The notes under the pieces are model-generated. The model was given only the letters and a program-made list of their open reading frames with translations. It was not told where the DNA came from and did no database searches. The translations under genes and the position numbers were made by a program. This document shows, piece after piece, positions 21,152-31,687 of a stretch of 64,000 bases of DNA; positions within the stretch are counted from its first letter, which is position 1, and every line of letters starts with the position of its first letter. The stretch lies in sequence record DRR723986_16857; one strand, written 5' to 3'.

Positions 21152-22411
21152 GTGAGTTCTGCGTTCTTGTTGTCGTTGGTCGCGGTCTCGCTCATCGTGG
21201 CCTCGACGCTACGGTTTGCAGTTGTCGGCTTTCAAGAAAGTCGTAACGGTGCCCGGCTGCGCAATCGACGCGCAAGCGACCTGAATAGCCTGCGTCGCAG
21301 CGCTCGGGTTGCACGATTGAATTCGCAGCTCAGTTCATCCAGCGCCGGCAAGCAACCTTGGCGTGTGATGGAAGTCGCTGAAGTGGTCCAGGAGTCGCTC
21401 GACTGCAAGTCCTACTACTTGGTAGACCCCTATAAGCAAAAGCTGCCCGCATTCTTCCCCGGCCAATACTTAATGATTAGGCCTGCCATTGCGGGTGAAT
21501 TCAAAACAACACGCTGCTACTCTCTGTCCAGTTCACCGAATTCCACCTACTGGCGGATCACCGTTAAAGAGCAGCTTCCGGAAGACGACACGGTAGTTCG
21601 CAGCAAAAACGGCGGTCTTAGCGCTTGGTTGCACCGTGAAATAGAAGCCGGCGACTGCTTGCTCGTTGGTGAACCCGGCGGCAACTTTTTTCTAGACCCA
21701 GAAAATCGGCAGCCGCTCGTCCTTTTGGCTGCAGGGATTGGGATCACTCCCATGATCAGCATGCTGAGATGGTCGATCGAAAACACGCCCGGCCGACCTG
21801 TCCACCTGCACTTTCAAGCCAAGACGGCTGACCATTGGCCCCTCGGTGCAACCGGGCATCAATGGCAAGAATCATTCCCGCACATTGAAGCAACCAGCTA
21901 CTTTTCTCGCGCCAGCGAGGACGAAATACATGAGCTTGAAGATGCTTTCCCTGGCAATTTCAAATCCGGGAGAATGAGTATTCAAGACATTGTTGGGCTG
22001 CCTGGAACAAATTACTTTATGTGTGGCCCTGAAAAATGGATGAGTTCTATTCGCAGTGGCCTTTGTGAGCACGGCGTCGATGAGTCGGCTTGTCACTGGG
22101 AATCATTTGGTGGAACGGGAGCCCAGCCAACACTTGCCGCAGAGGGCGATGTCGATCCTGTCGAGGTGAAGTTTGAAGGCAGCGAAGTCTCGGCTTCATG
22201 GTGCAATTCAGAGCAAAGTCTCTGGGAGCTTGCACGCGAATCGGGCGTTGAGATTCCAAGTGGTTGCTTGAGCGGTGTTTGCGGAAGCTGTCGCGTTAAA
22301 TATCGTGACGGCGAAGTAAAGCATGACCGCAAGGTAGGCCTAGAGCTCGCGGCCGACGAGTGCCTGAGCTGCATTGCTCGCCCCGTTTCGCCAGTGACCA
22401 TCGAAGTCTGA
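21152..22411 (+). CDS. Membrane-anchored FAD/NAD(P)-binding oxidoreductase with C-terminal 2Fe-2S ferredoxin
   Basis: N-terminal hydrophobic helix; PGQY, RCYSLSS, AAGIGITP, MCGP, CLSGVCGSC...LSC; GTG start at 21152 inferred. Confidence 0.88.
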   Translation: MSSAFLLSLVAVSLIVASTLRFAVVGFQESRNGARLRNRRASDLNSLRRSARVARLNSQLSSSSAGKQPWRVMEVAEVVQESLDCKSYYLVDPYKQKLPAFFPGQYLMIRPAIAGEFKTTRCYSLSSSPNSTYWRITVKEQLPEDDTVVRSKNGGLSAWLHREIEAGDCLLVGEPGGNFFLDPENRQPLVLLAAGIGITPMISMLRWSIENTPGRPVHLHFQAKTADHWPLGATGHQWQESFPHIEATSYFSRASEDEIHELEDAFPGNFKSGRMSIQDIVGLPGTNYFMCGPEKWMSSIRSGLCEHGVDESACHWESFGGTGAQPTLAAEGDVDPVEVKFEGSEVSASWCNSEQSLWELARESGVEIPSGCLSGVCGSCRVKYRDGEVKHDRKVGLELAADECLSCIARPVSPVTIEV

Positions 22412-22673
22412 ATGTAACGGTTCTTCCGATTCACCCGGGCTTGGTGCTTCTTTGCAATGCGGCAAACAACCAGGGACGTTCAAATCTCACCCTGCAGATG
22501 CTCTGCAAACCCAAAAGTATCCTAAGCTTCATAGGTGTCGCTAGCCAATAAGTTCTTTGCCCGCCAGGCAGAGTGAACCAAAGGTAACTGATAGCGACCA
22601 AAATGCAGTGATCTCTCATTCGAAACAGATCGCTGCACTATGATTTCAAAATCACCGACTCGAGGTTGATTGT

Positions 22674-23714
22674 ATGTTGTGCTGGGTGCCGAAATTCGCC
22701 GTTTCTACATTCTTTGCGGCCTCGCTGTCTCTTGGGTTGGGCCCTGCCCTGCTCTTCGGCCAGGAAGCCTCTGATCCGCGGGATTCGCAGCTTTCAGTTC
22801 ACCTGGATCCACACAAAGTGCTTGGCTACGAAAGCTGTGCGAAATGCCATGCGTCTGAGGTGGATGTGTGGAAACGAACACCGCACAGCAAGACCTTCCG
22901 CACGCTGCATCGCAACCCAGAGGCTCGTGAGATTGCCAGCAGGATGGGGATATCTTCCTTCAAGACCGACTCTGAGTGCATCAAGTGTCATTACACAATG
23001 CAGCACGATGACGGACGGCTGGATGCGATTTCAGGGATCTCCTGCGAGTCGTGCCACGGTGCGGCCAAAGACTGGCTGGAAACACACAATGACTATGGCC
23101 CCGGTGCAACGAAGGCATCGGAGTCTCGCCAGCATCGGTTTGAGCGTCTACGAAACAGTATCGCGGGCGGTATGCGAAATCCAGTCAACGTTTACATGGT
23201 TGCACAAAGCTGCCTCCGCTGTCACACGGTGCCAAACGAGCAACTCGTCAACGTCGGCGGCCACAAAGCTGGCAGTCTTGATTTTGAAATAGTCTCTTGG
23301 TCACAAGGATCCTTGCGGCACAACTTTGTTCGCTCCGATGGCAAGACCAATGATCCTTCGGATAGAAACCGCCTGCGAAAGCTGTTCGTCTCCGGTTTCG
23401 TTGCCGAACTTGAATTCAGCTTGCGAGCCGTCGCTACAGCTACTGAGAAGGCTGACTATGCATTCACCAGCGCTGAGCGAGCTGCAAAGGCTGCTAAGAA
23501 GCTAGATAGAGTCCAAAAGCTGACCGGCAATCAGCTCTTGGCCGAGGTGCTCAACGTCTACAAAGGAGTCTCGCTGAAGCTAAACAATCGAGAACAACTT
23601 ACTCAAGCAGCAGACTTAATTGCTACTCTTGGTGTTCGCTTCGCAGCCACCGCGATAGGGGAAGAGCTCGAACCGATCGATCGCTACATCCCCGACGAAA
23701 GCAAGTGGCGATAA
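22674..23714 (+). CDS. Exported tetraheme c-type cytochrome (c554-like domain)
   Basis: Signal peptide; four CxxCH motifs (CAKCH, CIKCH, CESCH, CLRCH). Confidence 0.88.
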   Translation: MLCWVPKFAVSTFFAASLSLGLGPALLFGQEASDPRDSQLSVHLDPHKVLGYESCAKCHASEVDVWKRTPHSKTFRTLHRNPEAREIASRMGISSFKTDSECIKCHYTMQHDDGRLDAISGISCESCHGAAKDWLETHNDYGPGATKASESRQHRFERLRNSIAGGMRNPVNVYMVAQSCLRCHTVPNEQLVNVGGHKAGSLDFEIVSWSQGSLRHNFVRSDGKTNDPSDRNRLRKLFVSGFVAELEFSLRAVATATEKADYAFTSAERAAKAAKKLDRVQKLTGNQLLAEVLNVYKGVSLKLNNREQLTQAADLIATLGVRFAATAIGEELEPIDRYIPDESKWR

Positions 23715-23760
23715 ATCGCCACTGTCGTCGACGTTGCCAAAATGGCGAAGTCGCTCTCTA

Positions 23761-25698
23761 TTAAGGCAAGACTTCGAATCGGATTTGGCTGGGGTGGGCT
23801 TCGCTGCGAAGGATCTCGTGTTCAGCGCGGATGAAGTGACTAGCGTCGGCTTCAAAAATGTTCTCAACGTAAGTCTGCGGATTTCTGTCGACAAACGGGA
23901 ACCAACTGCTCTGCACTTGAATCATGATGCGATGCCCACGCTTGAACGTGTGTAGCACGTCGTGCAACTCCCATTGTGCATTGGTCGCTTCGCCAGGCTT
24001 GATGGGCTGTGGCTTCTCAAAACTCTCTCGAAATCTCAGCCGCATGACTTGCCCGCGGACGAGTTGTTGACGGCCGCTTTGGAAATCATCGGGTTGGCTG
24101 CGACCACCGCTTTGCAGTCGACCAGGGAACTCATCAATCAACTTCACCACGAGATCGGCATCGGTGCCGGTTGTTCGGAACCACATGTCGGCCGTTAGCG
24201 GGCCGGCAATCGTAACGTCTTCTTCGAGTATTTCACTTCGGTACACCAAAACGTCCGGACGCCGCGCCGCGAATCTCTGGTCTGCGGCCATGTAGTCGCG
24301 TGACCAACGAGCTGAAATCTCGGTGGTGTACGGTACTGGCTTGTTGGGATCACTAACATACGAATCGCTGTATGGGTCGCCTGGTTGCGTTTCGGCCTGA
24401 TCTGACTCTTGCTTGGAGTTGGGATTCGAGTCTTGACCGCTAGGTTTTTGCCAGGCGAGTTTTTCGCCAGCGGCCATGTAGAGGACTTTCTTTTCTGTCT
24501 TCTTCGGCGGCCATGCATCGAAGGTTCTCCAGCGGTTCGCACCTGTCTCGAATACGGTCGCTTCGGCAAGTTGCGGATCAGGACCGTCTTTCAGGTGATG
24601 CTCGAAGAAAGGAAATTCAACTTGGTCGCGATACCACTGAGCAGTCGGCCAATCGAAGCTGGCATCTCCAAGGTGGTCACCATCGGACCGATTCCAACCA
24701 CCGTGGTACCAAGGTCCCATAATGAGGTTGTTTTCCGTCGAAGGGTTTTTCTCTTCGATGCTCGCGTACGTTCGAAGCGGGCCGTAAAGGTCTTCAGTAT
24801 CGAACAGCCCACCGACAACCAGAACCGCACAGTTTACGTTGTTCAGGTGCGGTAGGATGTTTCGCGACTGCCAGAAGCGGTCATAGTTCGGATGTGCTGC
24901 AACGTCGTTCCAGAACTGGATGGACCCATTGAAGTGCCTTGAGTTGACATTCTTGAGCGGGCCGAGATCGAGGAAGAATTGATAAGCGTCGTCGGTACCA
25001 ATGTCCAAACCAGACTGTCGCTCGACCGATGGCTCGGGTCGTGATTTGCCAAACGAGGAAAAGAATGTCACAGCCAACTGAACGTTGAATGCACCGTTGC
25101 GGTGCATGTCGTCCCAAAACCAGTCCGCGATAGGTGCTTGCGGCGAAGCGCACTTGAGTGCTGGGTGTGAATCAATCGTTCCCGCGGTCGTGTAAAAGCC
25201 AGGGTACGAAATTCCCCATTGTCCGACGCGGCCGTTGTGCTGTGGAATGTTGTTTACGAGCCACTCAATGGTGTCGAACGTATCACTGCTCTCGTCCGTC
25301 TGGCGCGCTTGCTTGTTGGCAATGTGCGGCCGCATGTTGTCATAGTTGCCTTCGGACAGGTAGCGGCCTCGCACATCCTGGAACACAAAAATGTACCCGG
25401 AGTCTTCGAACTTAGAGTTCGGCCCTAAGCTCGACCGATACTGGTCCGCTCCGTAAGGTCCCGCACTGTACGGAGTCCGCACCATGATGATCGGGTATTT
25501 GCGTGTCGGCGAAGCATCGTTCGGAACGTAGCAGGCTGCGTAGAGTTTTGCGCCGTCTCGCATCGGTATCATGTGCTCGAATTTTGAGTATCGAGCACGT
25601 ATCTTCTCGGCCCGACTCGGAGCTTCCTGGGCCGTCGCGAGAGACTGGGTTAGCACGACTGCAAGTAAAAGGGCTGCGGTAACTTGTATTCGCTTCAT
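23761..25698 (-). CDS. CocE/NonD family hydrolase (alpha-amino acid ester hydrolase-like)
   Basis: Signal peptide; IPMRDG, RTPYS, QDVRGR, GISYPG nucleophile motif, GPWYHG. Confidence 0.92.
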   Translation of the reverse strand: MKRIQVTAALLLAVVLTQSLATAQEAPSRAEKIRARYSKFEHMIPMRDGAKLYAACYVPNDASPTRKYPIIMVRTPYSAGPYGADQYRSSLGPNSKFEDSGYIFVFQDVRGRYLSEGNYDNMRPHIANKQARQTDESSDTFDTIEWLVNNIPQHNGRVGQWGISYPGFYTTAGTIDSHPALKCASPQAPIADWFWDDMHRNGAFNVQLAVTFFSSFGKSRPEPSVERQSGLDIGTDDAYQFFLDLGPLKNVNSRHFNGSIQFWNDVAAHPNYDRFWQSRNILPHLNNVNCAVLVVGGLFDTEDLYGPLRTYASIEEKNPSTENNLIMGPWYHGGWNRSDGDHLGDASFDWPTAQWYRDQVEFPFFEHHLKDGPDPQLAEATVFETGANRWRTFDAWPPKKTEKKVLYMAAGEKLAWQKPSGQDSNPNSKQESDQAETQPGDPYSDSYVSDPNKPVPYTTEISARWSRDYMAADQRFAARRPDVLVYRSEILEEDVTIAGPLTADMWFRTTGTDADLVVKLIDEFPGRLQSGGRSQPDDFQSGRQQLVRGQVMRLRFRESFEKPQPIKPGEATNAQWELHDVLHTFKRGHRIMIQVQSSWFPFVDRNPQTYVENIFEADASHFIRAEHEILRSEAHPSQIRFEVLP

Positions 25699-26055
25699 GG
25701 ATGATCTTTGTTGGGGCACTTCAAGGGACTCGTGCACTTCACGGAAAACTGTTCACTGAAGCCTGTCGTGCGTCTAAACCCACGAACTATTGAGAGGTTT
25801 GCATCTCCGACCGACTTCAGTCTCGTTCTTAGGTTACTTGAAACCCCGCGTTTTACCATCGGCGATTACCGCGGCATTCTCGATCAGAATGTCCGCGAGG
25901 CACAGCAGTGTCTTACGGAATAGTAATCAGCCGTCGTTCTCCTTGACCACAAACGCGAACGCCGTTTTCGTTACAATTTTGCCTCCTGCACAATGTTCAG
26001 CTCGCGGCATGCGACGACCCCAAGAAAGCAACGCTACCCAGAGAAAGTCGAAAAG

Positions 26056-26250
26056 ATGGGAATTTACGATCGCGACTACATGCGCGACGGCAGTGGCGGC
26101 GATGGTTCGGAGTTGGTTGTCAAACTTCTCAAACTCCTTCTGTTGGCGATGTTGCTCTTTGCGGCGGTTCGTTTTCCAATTCCCGTTTTCCTGAAGTTTC
26201 CTTTGATGTTCCTTTTCTGCTTTCTCATCTACCGCACTATTCTTCGGTAA
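26056..26250 (+). CDS. Small two-TM membrane protein starting MGIYDRDYMR
   Basis: 64 aa, two hydrophobic segments. Confidence 0.6.
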   Translation: MGIYDRDYMRDGSGGDGSELVVKLLKLLLLAMLLFAAVRFPIPVFLKFPLMFLFCFLIYRTILR

Positions 26251-26306
26251 AAGAGTCTTCTGTGAAAAAGTCTTCGTTGGCAGAGTCTTCGGTGGCAGAT
26301 TCTTCG
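26239..26306. repeat. Degenerate 15-bp-period tandem repeat with core A(G/T)TCTTC, 5 copies
   Basis: Cores at 26239, 26254, 26269, 26284 and 26299. Confidence 0.75.
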
Positions 26307-26553
26307 CCTACGGGGGCTTCAGCGTAGCATGCACCACTCTGGAAGCCGTTTGGTTAAGATGCTGTTTGATTAGACTGCGACTCGACTAAGATAAGTGTCC
26401 ACTCTGCACTAGAGTTAGCGTCAAAATGCCTTTGCAGTTGATGTCCAAAGCACGACGAACGCAATGCACTTAAGTGTAGCCAGCTCCGCAGTTTGACTAA
26501 GACCCACCGAGCGAATTCGCCCAGCTCGCCTAAACCCTCCTTTGAGACGATCC

Positions 26554-29500
26554 ATGAAACAGTTGTTCACTCTTTCCCGCTACCCGCGATTGCACGCAGC
26601 CGCAACGATGTTGTTGGCTGCAGTCGTCAGTTTGCTTCAGAATGTTGAGGTGCAGGCTGATGTTCCGTTCGAATTCAAGCAAGATGATGTTGTCGCAATT
26701 TTCGGCAACGGCTTGCCCGATCGTATGCAACATGCCCCTTGGGTAGAGACGGTTTTGCAGTCGAAGCTGAAAGGGAAGAACGTTCGCTTCCGCAATATGA
26801 GCTTCTCCGGTGACATAGTAAATCAACGCCCCCGCAATAAGGGCTTTACGAACGACACGGAGTACTTACAGCATGTTGCACCAACCGTTGTGTGGATCAT
26901 GTTTGGGTACAACGAATCTCATGCAGGCCCCTCCGGTGCCGAAAGCTACACTGATGAATTGGTCAAGTTAGTCAACAAGTATCGCGACTTGCGAAAGGAA
27001 GCTGGTGTTGAGGCTCGTTTCGTTTTGTTTAGTCCGATTGCCTATGAGAATACAGGCAGTCGCCATTTGCCCGATGGCAAGGAACTGAACGCAAACTTGA
27101 AAGCATACACGCAAGCAACCGCGGCAGCCGCTGAAAAAGCTGACGCTACGTTTGTCGACTTATTCACGCCAACGTTGGAACTCTACAACGCCAGCACAGA
27201 GCAATTGACGCTCAACGGAATCCACCTCAATGCAGCCGGCTACCGGAAGCTCGCCGACATTATCGCGGGCAGACTTGTAGGCGACTCAGCGGGCGAAAGT
27301 TCACTGTCGATGCTCTATGAGGCTGTAGAGGACAAGAACTGGCACTGGCACAATCGTTATCGAGCCACAGACGGTAACGACATTTGGGGCTCGCGTTCAA
27401 CGCTTAGTTTTGTAGATGGCCAAACCAACGCCGATGTCCTTAAGCATGAGCTGAAGATGTTGGACTTGATGACAGCCAATCGCGACAAAGTTGTGTGGGC
27501 AGCCGCCAATGGCTCCTCTATAAAGCCCGACGATAGTAACGTGCCACCACCGGTCGAGGTCAAAACGAACGTGGGTGGTGGAAGCAAGAGTTCGAGTGCC
27601 GCGAAGGAAGGCAGTACAGACTACCTGAGCCCAGAGGAAAGCTTGGCGAAGATCAACGTTCCCGATGGCTTTGAGTTGAATATCTTTGCTTCGGAAGAAA
27701 TGTTTCCCGATCTGGCCAATCCGGTGCAACTTCAAGTTGACACCAAAGGTCGATTGTGGGCTGCAAGTTGGAATTCTTATCCTAAGTGGCAACCCGGCGA
27801 CGAACTAAAAGACAGTTTGATGATCTTTGAAGACACCGATCGCGACGGTGTTGCCGACAAGCGGAAGATCTTTGCACATGTCCACAACCCACTTGGATTC
27901 GAGTTTTGGGGCGGCGGAGTCCTAGTGACGTCGGGCCCCGATTTGCTGTTCTTGAAAGACACCGACGGCGATGACAAAGCGGACGTTCGATACCCGATTT
28001 TGCAAGGACTGGGCACAGCCGACACGCACCACGCTGCAAACAATCTGATCTACGGTCCAGACGGTGGCATCTACTGGCAAAGCGGCATTTTTCTGGTGCA
28101 CAACCATGAAACGCCATGGAAGCAGAATCTGAATACCGGTGGATCGGGCATGTATCGTTTCGATCCACGCACCTTCGCCATCACGCCAGTGGCGGCAAAC
28201 AGCCCCAACCCGCACGGAACCGCCTTTGACCGTTGGGGGTATCTGTACGCCAACGACGGAACCGGCGGGAAGTCTTACCAGGTGCGACGTAAGGGCGACG
28301 GCTTCCAAATGCATTCGCTGTTGGCCAAAGAGTTTCGGCCTGTCCCGGCGAACGAGATTCTGTCTTCCGCTCACTTCCCTGAGGATATGCAGCAAGATTT
28401 CCTGATCTTGAATGTGATCGGATTTCTCGGCATCAAGCAATACGATTTGGATCGCGGCGACGGCGGCAAACGCGAGTACGGCAATGTCTGGGGAACTCCG
28501 GTTCAAGAGTTGCTCAACGGTGAAGATCGTAACTTCCGACCCAGCGACGCGATCGTAGGTGAAGACGGCGCGTTGTACGTGGCCGACTGGCACAACATGA
28601 TTATTGGCCACATGCAGCATAATATTCGTGACCCCAGTCGCGATCACAAGCATGGCCGGATTCTGCGTTTGACGGTTAAGGACCGCCCGCTGCAAGAGCC
28701 AGTCGCTATTCATGGGCAGCCTATCGCCAAACTGCTCGACAATTTGAAGCATCCCGTCGACGGTGTTCGTCAGCGGACTCGGGTTGAATTAAGTGCTCGT
28801 GATTCGGAAGCGGTCATCGCGGCCGCTGAGGGGTGGGCGCAGGGCTTGGACCCGAACGACGAAACCGAGGCCCATCACCTGCTCGAGATCTTGTGGCTCC
28901 ACCAGCAGCACAATGTAGAGAATCGCGAACTGCTAGCTGCATTGCTTGCGTCCGACGCACCGCACGTGGCCGAAGCGGCCAAAACGGTTGAACACTTCTG
29001 GACGAAGTTTGATACGAAGCTCGCTTCCAATTTTGCGGCACCTCCGGAGTTGCATGTTGTCAATTATCGAGCTCCGCGGCATCTCAATAAACAGTATCAA
29101 GCATCGTACAAACGTGGGAGCCAGATCTTCCAGCGTGAATCTCACTGTGCGACCTGTCACCAAACCAACGGCTTGGGTACGGGAGCTGTCTATCCGCCAC
29201 TGGTCAAGAGTCCATGGGTAAACGGCAGCGAGGAGCGGCTGATTAAGCTTGCACTGCACGGCATGTGGGGCAAAATGCAAGTTGGTGGAAAGGTCTACGA
29301 TCCTGCTCGCGGCGTGCCACCAATGACCGCTTTCCGTGATTTGCTAAGCGATCGTGACATGGCGGACGTGTTGACTTTCGTCCGAAACACGTGGGGCAAT
29401 AAAGCTTCCCCGATCGAGCCCGAGACGGTGAAGCGCGTTCGTGCCGCTTCGTCAGACCGGACGACATTCTGGAAGCCCGAAGAGCTCGAGAAGCTTCATC

Positions 29501-30069
29501 CGCTCGAGCGAGAGCTGATGGCGAAGGAGGATCTTGTCGAGCCGGAAGTCGTCAACAATATCGAGCTTGAGAAAGAATTGTTGGCCGCATCGCCAGCAAT
29601 GCTTGCTGAGGCTGCGATGAAGAACGGTAACTTGCGCCGAGGCAAGAGGTTGTTCTACACGTCGGCCGCCTCCTGTTTCGCTTGCCATGATCCACCAGGC
29701 AACGCACCCAAGTTGGGCCCGGACTTGAACAAACTTACAAAGGTCATGAAGCCTGCTGATTGGGTGGACGCAGTGCTCTACCCTTCGAAACAGATCGACA
29801 AAGAGTATGCACAAGTGAACGTGCTGACTCTCGATGGGGATGTAATCTCAGGCATTCGGATTTCTGAAAGTGATGAAGAGCTGGTCCTGCGCAACGTCGC
29901 TCAGCCGAAGCCGATTACGATTGCCGCAGACGATATAGACGACATCGCCGAGTCCAAGAAATCGATGATGCCAGATGGACTCGTTCGCTCGCTGAAGAAT
30001 CGCCAAGAATTTGACGACCTGATGCGATACTTACTTAGTCTCAAGTCTGGCGAGGGCCAATCGAAGTAG
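26554..30069 (+). CDS. PVC-type heme-binding protein: SGNH/GDSL-like domain, beta-propeller dehydrogenase-like domain and two c-type cytochrome domains
   Basis: Signal peptide; FGYNE and NGIHLN SGNH-like blocks; [24 protein letters not shown] propeller; CATCH and CFACH; SMMPDGL. Confidence 0.88.
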   Translation: MKQLFTLSRYPRLHAAATMLLAAVVSLLQNVEVQADVPFEFKQDDVVAIFGNGLPDRMQHAPWVETVLQSKLKGKNVRFRNMSFSGDIVNQRPRNKGFTNDTEYLQHVAPTVVWIMFGYNESHAGPSGAESYTDELVKLVNKYRDLRKEAGVEARFVLFSPIAYENTGSRHLPDGKELNANLKAYTQATAAAAEKADATFVDLFTPTLELYNASTEQLTLNGIHLNAAGYRKLADIIAGRLVGDSAGESSLSMLYEAVEDKNWHWHNRYRATDGNDIWGSRSTLSFVDGQTNADVLKHELKMLDLMTANRDKVVWAAANGSSIKPDDSNVPPPVEVKTNVGGGSKSSSAAKEGSTDYLSPEESLAKINVPDGFELNIFASEEMFPDLANPVQLQVDTKGRLWAASWNSYPKWQPGDELKDSLMIFEDTDRDGVADKRKIFAHVHNPLGFEFWGGGVLVTSGPDLLFLKDTDGDDKADVRYPILQGLGTADTHHAANNLIYGPDGGIYWQSGIFLVHNHETPWKQNLNTGGSGMYRFDPRTFAITPVAANSPNPHGTAFDRWGYLYANDGTGGKSYQVRRKGDGFQMHSLLAKEFRPVPANEILSSAHFPEDMQQDFLILNVIGFLGIKQYDLDRGDGGKREYGNVWGTPVQELLNGEDRNFRPSDAIVGEDGALYVADWHNMIIGHMQHNIRDPSRDHKHGRILRLTVKDRPLQEPVAIHGQPIAKLLDNLKHPVDGVRQRTRVELSARDSEAVIAAAEGWAQGLDPNDETEAHHLLEILWLHQQHNVENRELLAALLASDAPHVAEAAKTVEHFWTKFDTKLASNFAAPPELHVVNYRAPRHLNKQYQASYKRGSQIFQRESHCATCHQTNGLGTGAVYPPLVKSPWVNGSEERLIKLALHGMWGKMQVGGKVYDPARGVPPMTAFRDLLSDRDMADVLTFVRNTWGNKASPIEPETVKRVRAASSDRTTFWKPEELEKLHPLERELMAKEDLVEPEVVNNIELEKELLAASPAMLAEAAMKNGNLRRGKRLFYTSAASCFACHDPPGNAPKLGPDLNKLTKVMKPADWVDAVLYPSKQIDKEYAQVNVLTLDGDVISGIRISESDEELVLRNVAQPKPITIAADDIDDIAESKKSMMPDGLVRSLKNRQEFDDLMRYLLSLKSGEGQSK

Positions 30070-30096
30070 TCGCGTTCCGACGCTACGGATACCCTT

Positions 30097-30137
30097 GGGG
30101 CAGGAAAACTGATTGGTTTTTCTGCCCCGTTTTGTTT
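30097..30137 (+). terminator. Intrinsic terminator
   Basis: GGGGCAGGAAAACT-GATT-GGTTTTTCTGCCCC followed by GTTTTGTTT. Confidence 0.75.
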
Positions 30138-30244
30138 GCGCTCCGGCTCGTTGGACGCAGCCGAACCCAAGTCCCTTAAGCTCGAAGACTGATAGCCGAC
30201 GGCTCTGATTCAAGAGTGCTTGCGGCCGCTGAAGTGGGTGAAAA

Positions 30245-31642
30245 ATGAAATTGATTATCCGGTTCATTCTTGCGTTATTCATGCTCGCGCCTACGGCAAG
30301 CGCTGCTGAGCGGCCGAATATTCTATTCGTTTTTGCCGACGATTGGGGCTGGGGGGACCTAGGCTGTCACGGCCATCCCTACGTGAAGACACCGAATATC
30401 GACCGCTTAGCTCGGGAAGGGACGGACTTTCATCGCTTCACCGTTGCCAGCGGAGTGTGCTCGCCCAGTCGTGCGGCAGCGATGACGGGGCAATTCCCCG
30501 CCAGATACAACATCGATGGTCACTTTGCCTGGGTGCCCAGCAACGCGCGGCGAAGCATGCCGGACTGGCTTGATCCGCAGGCTCCATTTCTGCCGAGGTT
30601 CTTGAAGAAAGCCGGGTACACGACCGGGCACTTCGGAAAGTGGCACTTGTCGAACAACATGATCCCAGATTCCCCGGCGCCCGACGCCTACGGGTTTGAT
30701 CGCTATGGTGCATTCAACTGTTCCGGAGAGCAAATGCCGGTTCATGAAGATTCTGAACATGCGATCAAGTTCATTCGTCAGGCTGTAGAATCAGAGACTC
30801 CCTTCTTCGTCAATCTGTGGGTGCATGAGCCACACACGCCCTTCCATACGGTCCCTAAATATGAGTGGCGGTTTCGCCATATCGAAGACGAAGCGGATCG
30901 TATCTATGCATCGGTGCTCTCCCACGCGGATGATCGCATCGGTGAAGTTCTCGATGCGCTCGATGCTCTGGGCGTTTCCGAGAACACACTGGTGATTTTC
31001 AGCAGTGACAACGGTCCCGCACGGGCGGCAGCATCGGTCAAGCTTTCTCTCAGTTACGATACAGCCACTGGGGCCGGCTGGGGAATCGCGGCATCAAAGG
31101 GCATTACAGGTGGGCGGCGTGGGTACAAAGCCTCCCTCTTTGAAGGCGGAATCGGCGTTCCCTTTATCGCCCGTTGGCCTGGCAAAATCCCTGCTGGTAA
31201 AGTCGACGATGCATCACTAATCTCGGCAGTGGACTTGTTGCCCACTTTCTGCGAGCTTGCTGGTGCGGACCTCCCCGACAGCTACGTGCCCGATGGAATC
31301 AGCCAGGTTGCGGCACTTCGCGGGACAGTCTCACCACGTCGTAGCAAGCCGTTGTTCTGGAAGTACCCTGCCCGCTGGCCAGCTCCAAAGAGTCGCCCCG
31401 ATCACTGGGCTTCGTATGCTGTAGTGCATCAGAACTGGAAAATGGTCAGTAACCAAGATTCAAGTTACGTTGAGTTGTACGACATCACAGCCAGCCCGCT
31501 AGAGGATGCAGAGCAAGACCTGAGCGGTTCAAAGCCCAACGTTGTCAGCGAACTGACCGCTAAACTTGAAGAGTGGAAATCCTCGCTCCCAGAAGAGCCA
31601 ACCGGAGATGTGTTTTCCGTCGAGCGAAAAAAGCAGCGTTGA
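30245..31642 (+). CDS. Sulfatase (formylglycine-dependent, S1)
   Basis: Signal peptide; PNILFVFADD, CSPSR, GKWH, SDNG. Confidence 0.95.
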   Translation: MKLIIRFILALFMLAPTASAAERPNILFVFADDWGWGDLGCHGHPYVKTPNIDRLAREGTDFHRFTVASGVCSPSRAAAMTGQFPARYNIDGHFAWVPSNARRSMPDWLDPQAPFLPRFLKKAGYTTGHFGKWHLSNNMIPDSPAPDAYGFDRYGAFNCSGEQMPVHEDSEHAIKFIRQAVESETPFFVNLWVHEPHTPFHTVPKYEWRFRHIEDEADRIYASVLSHADDRIGEVLDALDALGVSENTLVIFSSDNGPARAAASVKLSLSYDTATGAGWGIAASKGITGGRRGYKASLFEGGIGVPFIARWPGKIPAGKVDDASLISAVDLLPTFCELAGADLPDSYVPDGISQVAALRGTVSPRRSKPLFWKYPARWPAPKSRPDHWASYAVVHQNWKMVSNQDSSYVELYDITASPLEDAEQDLSGSKPNVVSELTAKLEEWKSSLPEEPTGDVFSVERKKQR

Positions 31643-31687
31643 TACTCAGCGACTATCTCACTCGGTCTTTAACTGATTGCTGAAGCG

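Noticed and set aside
26239-26306. Possible mini-CRISPR array
   Set aside because: The 7-nt core and 8-nt spacers are far too short, and there are no cas genes in the window.
27922-28752. Long antisense ORFs (for example 27922-28752, 45294-46226, 41809-42528, 22666-23292)
   Set aside because: Shadow or alternate frames of well-supported genes in GC-rich DNA, with no motifs.
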